Assembly: GCF_036321535.1 (NCBI RefSeq)
Contig: NC_087447.1
Coordinates: forward strand, 34,846,001-34,910,000
From: Camelus dromedarius
Taxonomy: Eukaryota
Direction of reading: 5' to 3'
Length of the DNA: 64,000 nt
Positions 40,007-52,690 of the stretch are shown in pieces. The first letter of the stretch is position 1; every line of letters starts with the position of its first letter. A model generated the notes under the pieces. The model did no database searches. It was not told where the DNA came from and saw nothing but the letters and a program-made list of their open reading frames with translations. Made by a program: the position numbers and the translations under genes.

Positions 40007-41526
40007 ATCCACCCACTTGCTGGACAAAATACTGCATTTGCTTAGGATGGAGGAGTTTCGTGTTGTTGGGTGGTAATGAAAGTGTGTGATGTGATGTGTC
40101 AGCTCATGTGGCATCCCTTGAGGATTTCTTTGTATAAAGACAGCGGTGATTTGAGGTTATGTTAGGCCAGAGACTTGGCTTAACTAAAGGGCTATAAATC
40201 CTACTCATTCCCAGCTGTACCAGTCCCAACACAACTTGAAACTTGTTTCTCTAGGTAACTGGGGTAGGGCCTAGTTAACCAGAACAGCACACTCTAAGTG
40301 GAACTTTTTTCTTACCCAGCCAAGGGTAAAGTGGCCAGCTTCCTAACCCCACCCAATAAATACATGTTATAGATTAACTTGATTCAGCAAGTGCTCAGGG
40401 AGGCTGAAGATGAGGCCCATGCCGGCTTTGACAGACAAGCAATGCGTATCCTGGGGAGCGGCATCATCACTAGGGAGGGGCAGAGGCCAAGGAGTAAGGT
40501 TTCCACTGCACATTAACTCACTATAGACCCCTGGGCTCTAAGCCTCAGGCTCCTCATCTGAAATGGGGTGGGGGTGGGGTTGGATCAGATACCTTCAACC
40601 TTCAGCCCAAGCAAAGCACCCAGAACTACCAGCCAGCCATCAGAGATGTCCAGACTGGTGAAAATCTTCACTGAGGCTCTTTTGACAATGCTTTTTCTGA
40701 TGACTCCAGGTCTTCTGCATCTTCTTGCAGCAGGTGTTTTCCCCTGAGTGTGGCATGTGTAGAATATTAAAAAAAAAAAAAAAGTGGCATAGTTACTCAC
40801 AATTTAATATTTGCATTGTGATTATCTATGTCAGTCACCTTCTGAATCCTCAGATATTAACATTCCAAGCCTCTCCCAAGTCACATTTTGTAACCTCCCC
40901 AACACACCTCCATCTGTGAATAAGATTTCATTATTAAGAATTTCATTTCTCATAATGGATTTTTTTTTTCCAATTTAGGCTCCATGGATAATGTGCTGAG
41001 ATGACATGATTTATTCCTTCCAGTTTGCTGGCCTTGGATACTAATTCTGCCTCTGTACTAATTTTATGGCAGGCTGAACTTCTGCTTCTTTATCAGCTTC
41101 TTCCTGAAGGAGGGAGAACTGCAGCCCTAACACCTTCAAAACAAACAAACAAAAAATGTAGAGGCAAACCTTTCCCTTAGGATGAAAGGCTCACATTTGT
41201 TCAAAATGCTGTTATCCTACCCATGGGTTATGGAAGATGGACTGAGGAAAATGTCAGACAAACAACCATTCTGGTAGGAAATGGAGCAGAGTGATTAATT
41301 CTTAATTAGTATCCATGTAAACATCCTTGTATAGGAAACATCTAAGCATGGTCTTAGTAGGCATTAGATTTGGCTTTAAACGTATCTACTCATAATAGAG
41401 ATCTCTCCTCTTGGCAATGAAATTTTTATGAAACTACATATTATGTTACATTATACCACGTGCATGTGTATTTTCCAGAGCTCAGAGAGATCACAAAGAG
41501 GGGGGAAATTAGTGTTACTGAGTGTA

Positions 41527-42086
41527 CAATGTTCATAGCTATTTACAACAGCCTAGATATGAAAGCAACCTAAGTGCCCATCAACAGATGAATGGATAAG
41601 AGATGTGGTATCTACATATATATAAAAAATATTCCAATGGACTATTATTCAGCTATAAGAAAGAACAAAATGTTGCCATTTGCAACATCATGATAGACTT
41701 GGAGGGGTATAATGCTAAGTGAGATAAGTCAGATGGAGAAAGACAAGTACTGTATGATATCACTTACATGTGGGATCTAAAAAAATTACAACAACTAGTG
41801 AATAGGGCAAAAAAGAAGCAGACTCACAGATATAGAGAACAAACTGGTAGTTAGCAGGGGGGAGAGGAAAGAGGGGAGCAGCAAGACGGGGGCGAGGGCT
41901 TAAGAGGTACAAACTACTATATATAAAACAAATAAGCTACAAGGATATATTATTTAGCACGGGGAATACAGCCAGTATTTTATAATAACTATAAATGGAG
42001 TATAATCTTTAAAAATTGGGAATCACTTTGTTGTACACCTGAAACATATAATATACATAAACTATACCTCAATTTAAAAAATCACA
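41527..42086 (+). mobile_element. L1 3' end (older subfamily)
   Basis: aagcaacctaagtgcccatcaacagatgaatggataag...aactatacctcaatttaaaaaa; flanking repeat tactgagtgta at 41516-41526 and 42087-42097. Confidence 0.85.
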
Positions 42087-42093
42087 TACTGAG

Positions 42094-42380
42094 TGTATCG
42101 GTTTCCTGTGGCTGCTGTAACAGTTTACCACAAGTTTGGTGACTTAAAACAACAGAAATGTATTCTCTCACAGTTCTGGAGGCCAGAAATCTGAAATTAG
42201 TATTGCTAGGCCAAAATAAAGGTATTGGCAGGCCTGAACAACCTCTAAAGGCCCTTGGGAAGAATCCATTCCTTGTTGCTTCTTGTCAGCATTCCTTGGC
42301 TTGTGGACACATCTCCAAATCCCTCCTTAACAAATCTTCACCTCCTCTGTGTGTGAAATCTCTCTCCGCCCCTCTCTTAT
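42094..42380. mobile_element. MLT1-type LTR fragment
   Basis: tgtatcggtttcctgtggctgctgtaacagtttaccacaag...ctcacagttctggaggccagaa. Confidence 0.8.
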
Positions 42381-45300
42381 TTTCTGGGGCTCTGATTCTA
42401 GGCTTGGTTCTGCTACAGACAAGCTGTGTGGCTTGACATGCTAAGGAGACTTAGCTTGCTCCTCTATAAGATGAGAAAAAGGTTGAACACCTGTCCTCCC
42501 CACCGCTCCAGGTTGTTGGCAATGACTAACAACAGAGGCTTGGTTGCATACAGACTGGTTCAAATCCCAGCTCATTCACATTCTAGGAACACTTAGGAAC
42601 ACTGCTAACCTTGGCTGAGACAGTTTTTTCCATCTGTAAAATGGGAGTGCCTACTTTCTGGGACTGTTAGTAGGGATAATACATGTATAATGCTTACCAC
42701 AGTACCTGACATCCAATACATGCTTAATACACATGAGCAAGAGTTGTTATTTTAAAGGAACTGCTTTAGTTGAAGGAAATGTTTTTGTCAAACTGGAGGT
42801 ACAGCCAGGCAGGACAGAGGCAGCTTGGACCAGACAGGGAGCCCAGGAGCAGGTAGGTTCAGGAAGGAAGGTCTTACAGTCTGAAGTTCAAAATCAGGTA
42901 AGTTATGTTGAAAGAAACTTAATGACACATATGATGGAACTGTCCGAGGCATTTGCAATTCTCTTCCTACTCCCCTCACCCTCCACTCCAGTCTCCAGAT
43001 GTTTCTGATCGAGTTCGATAGAAACTGAGAATATGGGCAATGTGGTTATCAAGTTCAAGTTGAAGACCCTCACTGTGGTAGCAAGCAAGGACTTACTCTT
43101 AGGAGCCAAACAGGATGCAAGTGGCAAGCCCAGAAGTCCAAGGTCAGCTCCTTCCCTGCACTAAGGCAGCAATTCCCTAATGAAAATCAGGCTGCAACAC
43201 ATCCAGCTGTATGTAAGGAAAGGTAGGCTGAGATAAATGCTCTAACAGAGGATAATGCTCTTTTATAGACGAAGAAACTGAGGCTCAGAGAGGTTAAATG
43301 ACTTGTCTAAAGGTCACACAACCTGCGAGTGACAGAGCTGTCCATCAGAGACAGGGCTTTTGGGGGTCTCATCCTTGGCACTCTCTGCTGCATGATGCTG
43401 TCCTGAGATTCCACGAAAGGAAGAGGTAGTCCCACTCCACTTCCTCCCCTCTCCGAGCATTTTCTGTCTCTAATGGGTTCACCACTTTGGTACCACTTTT
43501 CAGCCCATTTGGCATCTCTGTGGGGGAGCCTCACCTCACACCCGTCAAACCTTTTCCTTCTGAGAGTCCTTACTGCTCACCAGGAGGCTAGGCGAGGAGG
43601 GCTGCAGCTATGGGGCCAACAGGAAAATCTAGGGGATACATTCCTGGAGGTATATAAGCTGCTACACATGTTCTGGAGAATCAGTAGTAATGAGTATCAA
43701 AAGTCTTAATAATTTGGATATATTTTGATGTAGCAATTTCACTACTAGAAATTTATCCTGAGGAAATAATCAAAAGAGTATTTAAAAATATAAGCAAGTG
43801 AAAAAAAGAAAGAAAAAGAAAAAGTCTAAAAGGTCTTAGTAAGGGGTTAGGTTAAGATGGTGTTTTCATACACTGGAATACTACGCCATGGTTCGAAGTG
43901 ATGATGCTGGGCTGTATTTATGGTTACATAAATAAACAACATGACAAACCAAAATGCAGGCCACATGTATAGTGTGATCTCAACTTCTGTGAATAGATTA
44001 CATCAGTGTGTGTTGTGTGTGTGTTTGCTTACAGTGTAAATCCTCCTAATTGACATCATCGGTTGAGTCAACCTTCCCCTCCCACCTGGAAAACCTCCAG
44101 GGCTGATGCTCAGGCCCACGGAAGGTTCTGGATAGAAGGTTGTGTGCCATTGTGCCCACCCACTTGTGTTCCCACCAGACAGCTCGTGTGTTTTAGCAAG
44201 AGTCAGTTTTAGAGTTCTGTAGCCTCTTTATCCAATTTACTTGCTATTATATTCATAGTTAAATATTATATAAATTGAAAAAAAATGAGTGAAAACAAAA
44301 ATCTATCTTAAAAAGCTAAGTTGAATGCTTTGAAGAATTCAACTGCTATTGTAGTGAGGTAGCTATAATGGACTGGGAGTACTGTGAGAATTCAAGATTT
44401 TATTCTCAGAATGCTTCACAAATATTTTCCAGTTTTCTTTCTTCTTCAGAGAAGCTAAAACAAGAATTTAGAGACAAACTATTACGGTGTCTACATAAGA
44501 AAGACAAAGGTGAATTCCCTTCAGCAAAGTGACAGTGACATAAAAGGCTATATTAAAACATAGATCTATTTTAAGTTAAAATAACAGATTTAAGATATGC
44601 ATATATTTTGTTATTATTATCATTTCTTATTTCAACTAACTTTTTTCTTAACCCGCTAAGCACAGTCCCAATACTATCAGATAAAAAGGCTTCTGCCCCA
44701 TAGGTCTAGAACAAGGGAGGATGTAGTGATATATCTGGAAGGGAATACTGAGATTATGGTTGATTTTTACCTCTTCTTTGTACCTTTCTACATTTAAAAA
44801 AAATAAGAATGTCTAGTACTTTTATAATCAGGAAATACCACAAAGCCATCACCATCCTGGGAAAGGAAACTGGAAAGAGAAACTTCAGGATGAAGGTAAT
44901 GGCATGCTGACACTTGCAGGTGCCCTGGGAACCCCCTGATGACTGGAACTGTTTAGATTCTTTTGTTATAAATCCTAATGGTGATAATGAGTTTGGCTCC
45001 TTGGTTTCGCCCCATCCTGAGGGTCAGGTTGACGTCAGCGATCAGACATCTCAATACACTTAATTACTGTGGGAGAGGGCGCAGGACTCAGGCAGGCAAG
45101 TCTCTAGGAGGAGAGACAGACCTTCCCAGGTGACACAAGCCAGATCAGCATCAGGATGCAAAACAGGGGGGAGCAGTTCTGAGCACTCAGGTTACTCTCA
45201 TTCACAGAAGTTACTGCGAGTGGCTAAAGGTCACACATCAGCAGATGCAGCCTTGCACAAAGACAGGCTCGACTTCCTTGTATAAATAAAACCATAATTT

Positions 45301-45463
45301 TTATTTTTTAAATAAATATATTCTTCCCATAGAAACTTCAATTATTCATTCTTGATTATAGAAATATTTGTTGAAAACCAACTTCCAATTATAGCTAATT
45401 TTAAAATGGTAATAAAGTTGTTCAAAGTCTTGCATAAAAAAAGAATGGAAAGAATCTGTTCTT

Positions 45464-45781
45464 TTTTTTAACTTTTTTTTTATTGAGTTATAGTCAGTTT
45501 ACAATGTTGTGTCAATTCCCAGTGTAGAGCACAATTTTTCAGTTATACAAGAACATACATATATTCATTGTCACATTCTTTTTTGCTGTGAGCCACCACA
45601 GATCTTGTATATATTTCTCTGTGCTATACAGTATAGTCTTGTTTACCTATTCTGCATATGCCTGTCAGTATCTACAAATTTTGAACTCCCAGTCTGTCCC
45701 TTCCCACCCCTCTCCCCCTTAGCAACCACAAGTTTGTATTCTATGTCTATGAGTCTGTTTCTGTTTTGTATTTATAAATAC
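45464..45781 (-). mobile_element. Young 5'-truncated L1 3' UTR
   Basis: Poly(T) at the left end, high similarity to the reverse complement of 22540-22820, 15-bp TSD aaagaatctgttctt at 45449-45463 and 45782-45796. Confidence 0.92.
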
Positions 45782-46679
45782 AAAGAATCTGTTCTTATTT
45801 CAATGCCTTCCCACAACACATTCTGTTTCAGTGCTAGAAAGGCTGGGACCATCGGACAGGAATAAAAGCAAATGTGACAGGGCTGAAGTCCTGTCCTTGG
45901 CTATAGGACTATTAATTGTGCAAGGTCGTTCTAGGGAGACAGAGTTGAGCAGTAGCTCACAGAGAAAAGACTTAGGGCTCTTCTTGGAATAGGGCAGGGG
46001 GTCATGTATGAAAGCAAATGGAAGTCACTGCACATGGTCTAGCTATGACTGACGCAGGGACACTGGGCTTAAGGAACAGAGTAGGGCTGGAGCACAGGGA
46101 CATGCAGTGGAGCAGAGATGAGGAGGATGCCACCCTCCCTTTCAGTTTGCCTTCAGGAACAATGGCAGGCATCTCTCAGTTTGGGATTAGAGCCTCAACT
46201 GCAATCCCATTCCAGGCATCATTTGGTGAATTAACTTCACTCTAATGCTGAGTGATGGGCTTTGGGTTCAGCCAGACTTGGATGCACATACTGGCTCTAC
46301 CACGTGAGGCCTTAAACAGAGATTTAAAAAAAAAAAAACAATTCCAAATAGAGGGCATGTTGGAGGGCACTTGTGCTAAAATTCAATCAATAGATCCCTC
46401 ATTTTACATAACTGATATGTCCCAGCAAGGTGACCTGCAAAGCAAGTGCTAGGTTAAATGCATGAAGGACATGTTTCTCTCTCTCTCCCTCCTTCCCTCT
46501 CTATCTCTCATATTTACACACACACACAAATCAGTGTAACCCACAAGACTCAAATGGAAGAAGTATCACTTTAAAAATTTTTCTCAATCAATGAAAATCC
46601 TGCTTGGCTCCCACCTGCCTAATTGACAGAGCCAAGAGACACAGTCTTTGTCATTTTGAAGGTTACTCCCCATCACCTT

Positions 46680-47500
46680 CACCTGTTGAAGGACACTTGG
46701 GTTGTTTCCAGTTTGGCGCTACTACCAATAAAGCTACTATGAACACTTGCGTATGGGACATTTTGTGTGAGCATAAGTTTTCACTTCCCTGAAATAAATG
46801 CCTAGGATTGAGATTCATGGGTCATATAGCAAGCATATGTTTAATGTTTTAAGAAACTGCCAGACAGATTTCCAGAATGGCTGTCACCATTCTACACGTT
46901 CACCGAGAGCATATGTAAGATCCAGCTTCTCCACATCCTTGCCAGCATTTGTTTTATCAGGATTTTTTATTTCAGCCTTTCTAATAGGTGTGTAGTGGTA
47001 TCTCACTGTGGTTTTAATTTGCATTTCCCTAACAACGAGCGATGGTGAACATCTTTCCATGTGTTTCTTTGCCATCTGCGTATCTTCTTCAGTGAAGGGT
47101 CCAAGTCCTTTGCTCACGTTCTGGTTAGATTGGTTGTTGTCTTACTGCTGAATGCCGAGTTCTCTATTCTCAAAGCGAGTCTTTTGTCAGAGAGGTAGTC
47201 TGCAAATATTCTCTCTCAGTCGGTTCTTACCATTTCATCCTCTTAACTGAGTCTTTTGTTTCTAATTTTAATGAAGCCTAATTCATTTATTCTTTCCTTT
47301 TATGGATTGTGCTTCTTGGTGCCACGTCTAAGAACTCTTCTCCTAATTTTAGGTCACAAAGCTTTTCTTCTATGTTTGCTTCTAAAAGTTTTGATGGTTT
47401 CACATTTTACATTTAGCTTTATGATCCAGTTCTAGTTTACTTTTGGGTAAGGGGTGAGGTGTAGGTCAGGGTTCATATTGTTGGCTACTGATGTCCTGTC
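46680..47500 (-). mobile_element. Old L1M ORF2 C-terminal fragment
   Basis: ORF 46884..47117 (-) reads FTEEDTQMAKKHMERCSPSLVVREMQIKTTVRYHYTP, matching L1 ORF2. Confidence 0.88.
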
Positions 47501-49567
47501 CATTTGTTTCTGCCAAGTGAGATAACAGCACCAGGTTCTACAGGAGTCACAGAAGTCAATTACTACTCCGGAGGCAGGCTACCTAGATAGTTCCTTGCAG
47601 AAAATTAATCACCCTCCCACGGTTACCTAGAATGAGCTTGATGCTACGGAAACCAAACATTTCCCCAGTGAGTCTTCCTTCTGCAATCATATTGTGCAAC
47701 CAAATACTGTTCATAATGGATCCTTGAGGAGTCTCCTGTTGCCCCTTGCATCACCGCCTGAGTGAATTTGTTTAAAACAGGAAGTGAACATTGAAATTTT
47801 CTGTTGCACATGATAACATACCATTTCAGGATAGGAAGGAGTGTTTTTTATGGAAACATGGTTGTTTCATGAGGACACCAGGAATCCACGGCTAAGGGCT
47901 CTGAGCAGGAGTGCAGCAGATCCACATTTGCATGTTAGAAACCTCACTCTGGCAACATGGAGGTAGACTGGTGGGAATTTGGCGGCTGGCTGGGGCACTT
48001 AGGAGACTATTGCAAGAGATGATAGAACCAGAAAGAGAGTGGTGGAGAAGGGTTGGTTGATGCATTTACACCAGAGACAGATCAGAGGCTTAAGGAGAGA
48101 AAATGAGATTTTAAAGATCACTTTGAGAAATGAAGGGACAAGCTGTACAGAGAAAGAGAAGTGAGTTGAGGGATCAGCTGGGGTTGGAATCTCTGCTTGG
48201 CCACTCCTACTGAGGAAGAGCCAGTTTATTCCTTCTGCTTTGTGACCCTTCCATGCTTGACAGTCTTGCTTGAATAGAGCTCTGCTTCCTTATAATTTCC
48301 CTGCCATGGTCCAACTTTGGCCCTGAGGGACCACACAGAACGAGTCCACCTCTGCCAGCCACAGCAGCTCTTTGACCATTTTAAAGACATGGGTCACATT
48401 CTCTCAGACTTTCTTTCCTCCAATTTATTCATCCCTAGTTCCTACAACCCTCCCCATTTGGCATGGGTTCCTGCCCCTCCTCTTCTAGGTAGTTCCTCCA
48501 CTTCCCACCTTTAATCTAATCACAGGATGCCAGAACTCTGGATAGAGTTTGATCACCCAGAAAACAGTAAGCACCCCCTTCTGGAGCCTGGTAAACTCTG
48601 CCCTTAGCATCCCCACACCCTTCTGCCCTTGGCAGGAAGCTGCCTCCCTTCCCTGAACATCTGGGGTAACATCCCCCAGTGAGATCTGTGGTACCCTGGG
48701 CACTGGGGGCAAGCCTGGGCCCAGAGCCTCAGCTGGGGAAACAGGTTTGACAAGGCCCTCACTGACTCACCTCCAGTAGCAGGCATGCTGTGTCTGGGAG
48801 CACATGACCCAGCCTCACTGGGAAATGGATTTCCTGCCTTTTCTCCTCGGCTGAAAATCAAGGCACCAGCAACTACTCACTGACCACTGTTGAGTGTGTG
48901 GTTTGGTGAGGAAAACAGAGGTGGAATCTTGGGTCTGCCTTCGGGAATCATGCGGCCTTCTTGGGAGAGAGGATACAGGATGGGTGGTCAGAGACAGCCC
49001 ATTAGAGAAGATCTAAGACCACAGCTAGACCTGGAAGGATGGGGGAATGTCAGATAATGAGAATAGGCAGTGCCCTAGGATGGCAAGGACAGGTGCAGAG
49101 GTCAGGGTATCGAAGGTGCACCTAATGGAGGAAAGGAAGACATTGTGTCAGAGCAGAGACTCTCTATACACAAACAGTGAGAGCAAATGCTACAAAGGTA
49201 GGTTGGAACCATATTTGCCTGGACTCTTCTCTAGGCCAAGAGCTCTTGAACCAAAGGAGGAGATGGTTAAAGTGGTGAATGGCTTGGGGTCGGGGTCTGG
49301 GTCTGGCAAAGCTAGATCGTACACTCTGCTGTGACAGGCAGACCCAGGAGAACAGAGCTCCTTAATGTCCAGGGAGAGTAAAACCCTTACAGGAAGTTGT
49401 CCAGGCAACTCAGAGAAGTACCTGTCTGGCCTAGTTTTAGCTCACCTTCAGATGATCTTTCCAATAGCCCTTCCTAGGGAGATAAGGACAGGGAGACCAG
49501 GGACCTATCCAAATAAGTGACCTGGGAAGTGCTTTGAGTGGCAACAAGAAAAGCTGTAATCTAGGGG

Positions 49568-49711
49568 CAGAACTGGCTAAATCATTTGTGGGCCCCTTGG
49601 TCACCAATTATTAAGAATTTCAAGATGGCAACATCGGACCAAGCCTGTGGCCCTTCTAAGCACAGAGTCCTGTGCAGCTTCAGAAGTTGCATGCCCATGA
49701 TGCTGGCTCTG
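49568..49711 (-). mobile_element. MER91-like hAT-Tip100 MITE
   Basis: cagaactggct...attattaagaatttcaagatggc...gcccatgatgctggctctg; 8-bp TSD tctagggg / tctggggg. Confidence 0.75.
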
Positions 49712-52214
49712 TCTGGGGGTAAAGACGAGGGCAGGTTCTTACCCAAATGCACACAGTGGGTTTGCAGGAGGCTCCCACACTCAGAAGGCTCACAATCAGT
49801 CATTCCCCTCTCTGTTCGGGGCAGGTGATAGCCCAGCATTCCAGCTCAGGCAGCTTATGGCTCTTGGCCTCATGAAAAGAATAGACTAGGGACAGGAAAC
49901 CTAAATTCCAACCCCGGTTTTGCTTTAAAACTGAAGTGAGAATCACTTAACTTCTGGGTCTTAGTTTTATGGCCCATATTAAGTGTTCAGAAGGTATTGT
50001 TTCTCTCTCTTCTTATAAAGAACTTCCAATTCTAGGATCTCTACCATGTGGCCCCTTGCTGGAATATTTGAAGTAAAACACAGGTTCTAATGATGGGTCT
50101 TGAGTTGCAGAAAGAACTCAGTGAAATGCATTTGTATCTTGGAGAAAACTCCAAATACTCTTGCATTCCAATACCTTCCTATTTCACTAGAAAAGTCATC
50201 TCTAGCCATTCTCCGCCAAAGATGCATTTGGAGGGACTTCAGGTCTACTCTTAGCTATTTCACCAACTCTCTGTAGGGCTGCGGGACACCGACTTCCTCT
50301 CCCTGTGCCTCAGTTTCCTCTTTTGTAACATGGGAGAATTTGAAAAAGTCCTTTTCTGCATTCAGTTCTGCTTTTCCTTGAATTTGGGAAGTCGCTGGTC
50401 CAGCATTTGTCATCACATGGTATTGGGATGAACTTCTCTGGCTTTGTCAGTGGAAAACAAGCTCACTGAGGTCAAGAATGATCAAGATCTATCTCTGAAT
50501 CTCCAGTTCCTGGCACAGCAGCTTGCCTCTCACCTGAGCGCTGAATGGACACAGCCATCAACGGATGGACAAGGTCTCTGGGGAAGAGACTCAAAACAAG
50601 TGTGCCATGAAGTGCAAACAGAGATATGATCAGAAGTGAGGCCCAAGGAAAAGAAAGAGAATCAGGGCAACATCATATCATGGGAGATTGAGCACTGGGT
50701 GAGCAATATCTTAAATAATACAGAGGAAACAAGAAACTGTAAGGCTTAAAGAAAAAAGACACCAGATTTCTTAACTGGGAGGTCATCAGTGACTTCTGAG
50801 AGAAGCCAGGCTGCCCAACATCAAGGAATGGGTGGATCAGGAGGAAGTGTGGATGGCAGATGTCAAGGAGTCAAGGCATTTGGTGGAAGAAGAGAAAGAT
50901 AAGAAGGTCACTAAGCATTGAGAAAAGTCAAAAGAAGAATCATCATTTGTTCATTGGTTTGTTGGCCTTAAGAAAAGGAGAACCAAAATATTTGTTAACC
51001 CAGAGGAAGGAGTGAAGGAGAAAGAGGTTGGAGATTTTAAAGAGTGAGAGAGGAGGCAATGGACAGATTTATGTCCTTGAAGAGTCAGGAGAGAGAGGGG
51101 ACCAAGAGCAAAGCTCTCTCTACCCCCATCCCCACCCTCAACTCTCTGCCACCAGCAAATCTGACAAGTGCATCACCAGGCGTTGTACAGGGAATTCTGA
51201 TGCCAGAAGGAGGTCGAGCAAGGTGACTTTTAAGGTGTCCTCCCACCAGTTATGTGACCTCCATGTCCATCCATCCTTATTGTGCCATGTGGCCCACAAG
51301 CAGAGGACAGCAGATCATGTGAAGAACATCTTTGAAATCCAGTCCAGTGCTCACAGCATCCCTGACCTACCAACACCTGTAACTATCAAAGAGGAAATAA
51401 GCCCTTGGACACAAACTCCACCTGTTTTGGAATGTGGCCCAGGGAGGCAGAGCAGCATAGCAGGAACAGCACCAGACTGGGAGCCGGGAGTCCAGGTGTA
51501 GTCTCTTCTAATTATTCTCTGTGTGCCCTTGAGTACGTCCCATCTTCTCTGTGAGTTGCAGTTTTCCTTCAAAAAACAGGAATTTGAGACAGGTGACTGG
51601 TTTACTTCTTTGTTCTCTGACTCTTGGATTTTTTACAAAGTCATCTGAACGAGCTGGCGCTTGTCTCTGTGGTCCTCAGGCAGTTCTGCACTTACTGTGA
51701 TCACCACAGTACAACAGGCAAAACAGGTCCCATAAGGGTAAAGCAAGTGAGCCCTCCTTGGCAACTCACCCTCGTGTCACTGCGGAGCTCACAACAGTGG
51801 CATCAGCTCCAACAGGAAAACCCACAAGCTTGTCAGTGACATTCTGGACCCTCCCATGTGGGCTGTGGCACCAGCATAACCGAATCATGTTTGGCAAAGG
51901 AAAGGCCATGTCTGGCTGTGTGCTGACGACACTGATGAAAGGCAGCACTGCCTTGGGGAACTGAATTTCTGACTGATTTTCAAGTTCTGAGTTCTGAACT
52001 AGGTTTGCCCTTTGTTGACAAATCTCCACCAGCATTAAAGGGAACTGGATGTCTCTTTGACATCAAATGCATCATGACAAATTAGTCATTCACTAATTCA
52101 TTCAAAAATGCATTGAGCAACTGCTTTATTCATTAAATGTATGTGTTTTTGATGGATGGATGGATGGATGGAGAGGTGGATGAGACCAGGATCTGGTTCA
52201 CTCACCAGGCATAT

Positions 52215-52690
52215 AAGGCAGGATTTTCTCTCTTACAAGTGACAGAAACCTAAATCTAAGTAGCTTAAGAGAGAATTAAAAAAGAAATACATTGATTGAT
52301 AGATCTGAAAAGTTATCAAGAGCTTGCAAAAGTCCCTCTTTATTTCGCAGCTCTGGTTTCTTCTGTGTTAGCATCATCTTTAGACAGTTTTTCCCCTACC
52401 CAGTGGCCAGGCTCACCCCCAGCAGGCCCAGGCCAACACTCTTGGCTTGCCACCCCAAAGGAAAGAGTGCTTTGCCCCTAGAGGTTCTAGAAAGTCTTTA
52501 AGATGGTTCTCACTGGCCCAGCGTGGGTCATGTGCTCATCCCTGGACAAATCCTGTGACCAGGAGGGCCCAGCACTGGGTCTGAGTCCTGGGAGCCCCTA
52601 CAAAATCTAGAGAAGATGTCAGCCCCAAGGAAACCTCTCAGACTGAGAGTAAGGAAACAGTGGCTTCCCCAGAAGAGAAGGGAATGGATT
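52215..52690. mobile_element. Old MLT1(J/K)-like LTR
   Basis: caagtgacagaaacctaaatctaagtagcttaag...tgggtcatgtgctcatccctggacaaatc. Confidence 0.6.

Noticed and set aside
40565..40583. G-rich tract ggggtgggggtggggttgg as a G4
   Set aside because: Only three runs of 3 or more G; the fourth is GG.
42584..42603. Tandem duplication taggaacact x2
   Set aside because: Small slippage duplication inside a decayed MIR; no functional signal.
44030..44700. Possible Tigger-like DNA transposon relic
   Set aside because: Terminal repeats and transposase similarity are too degraded to support by eye.
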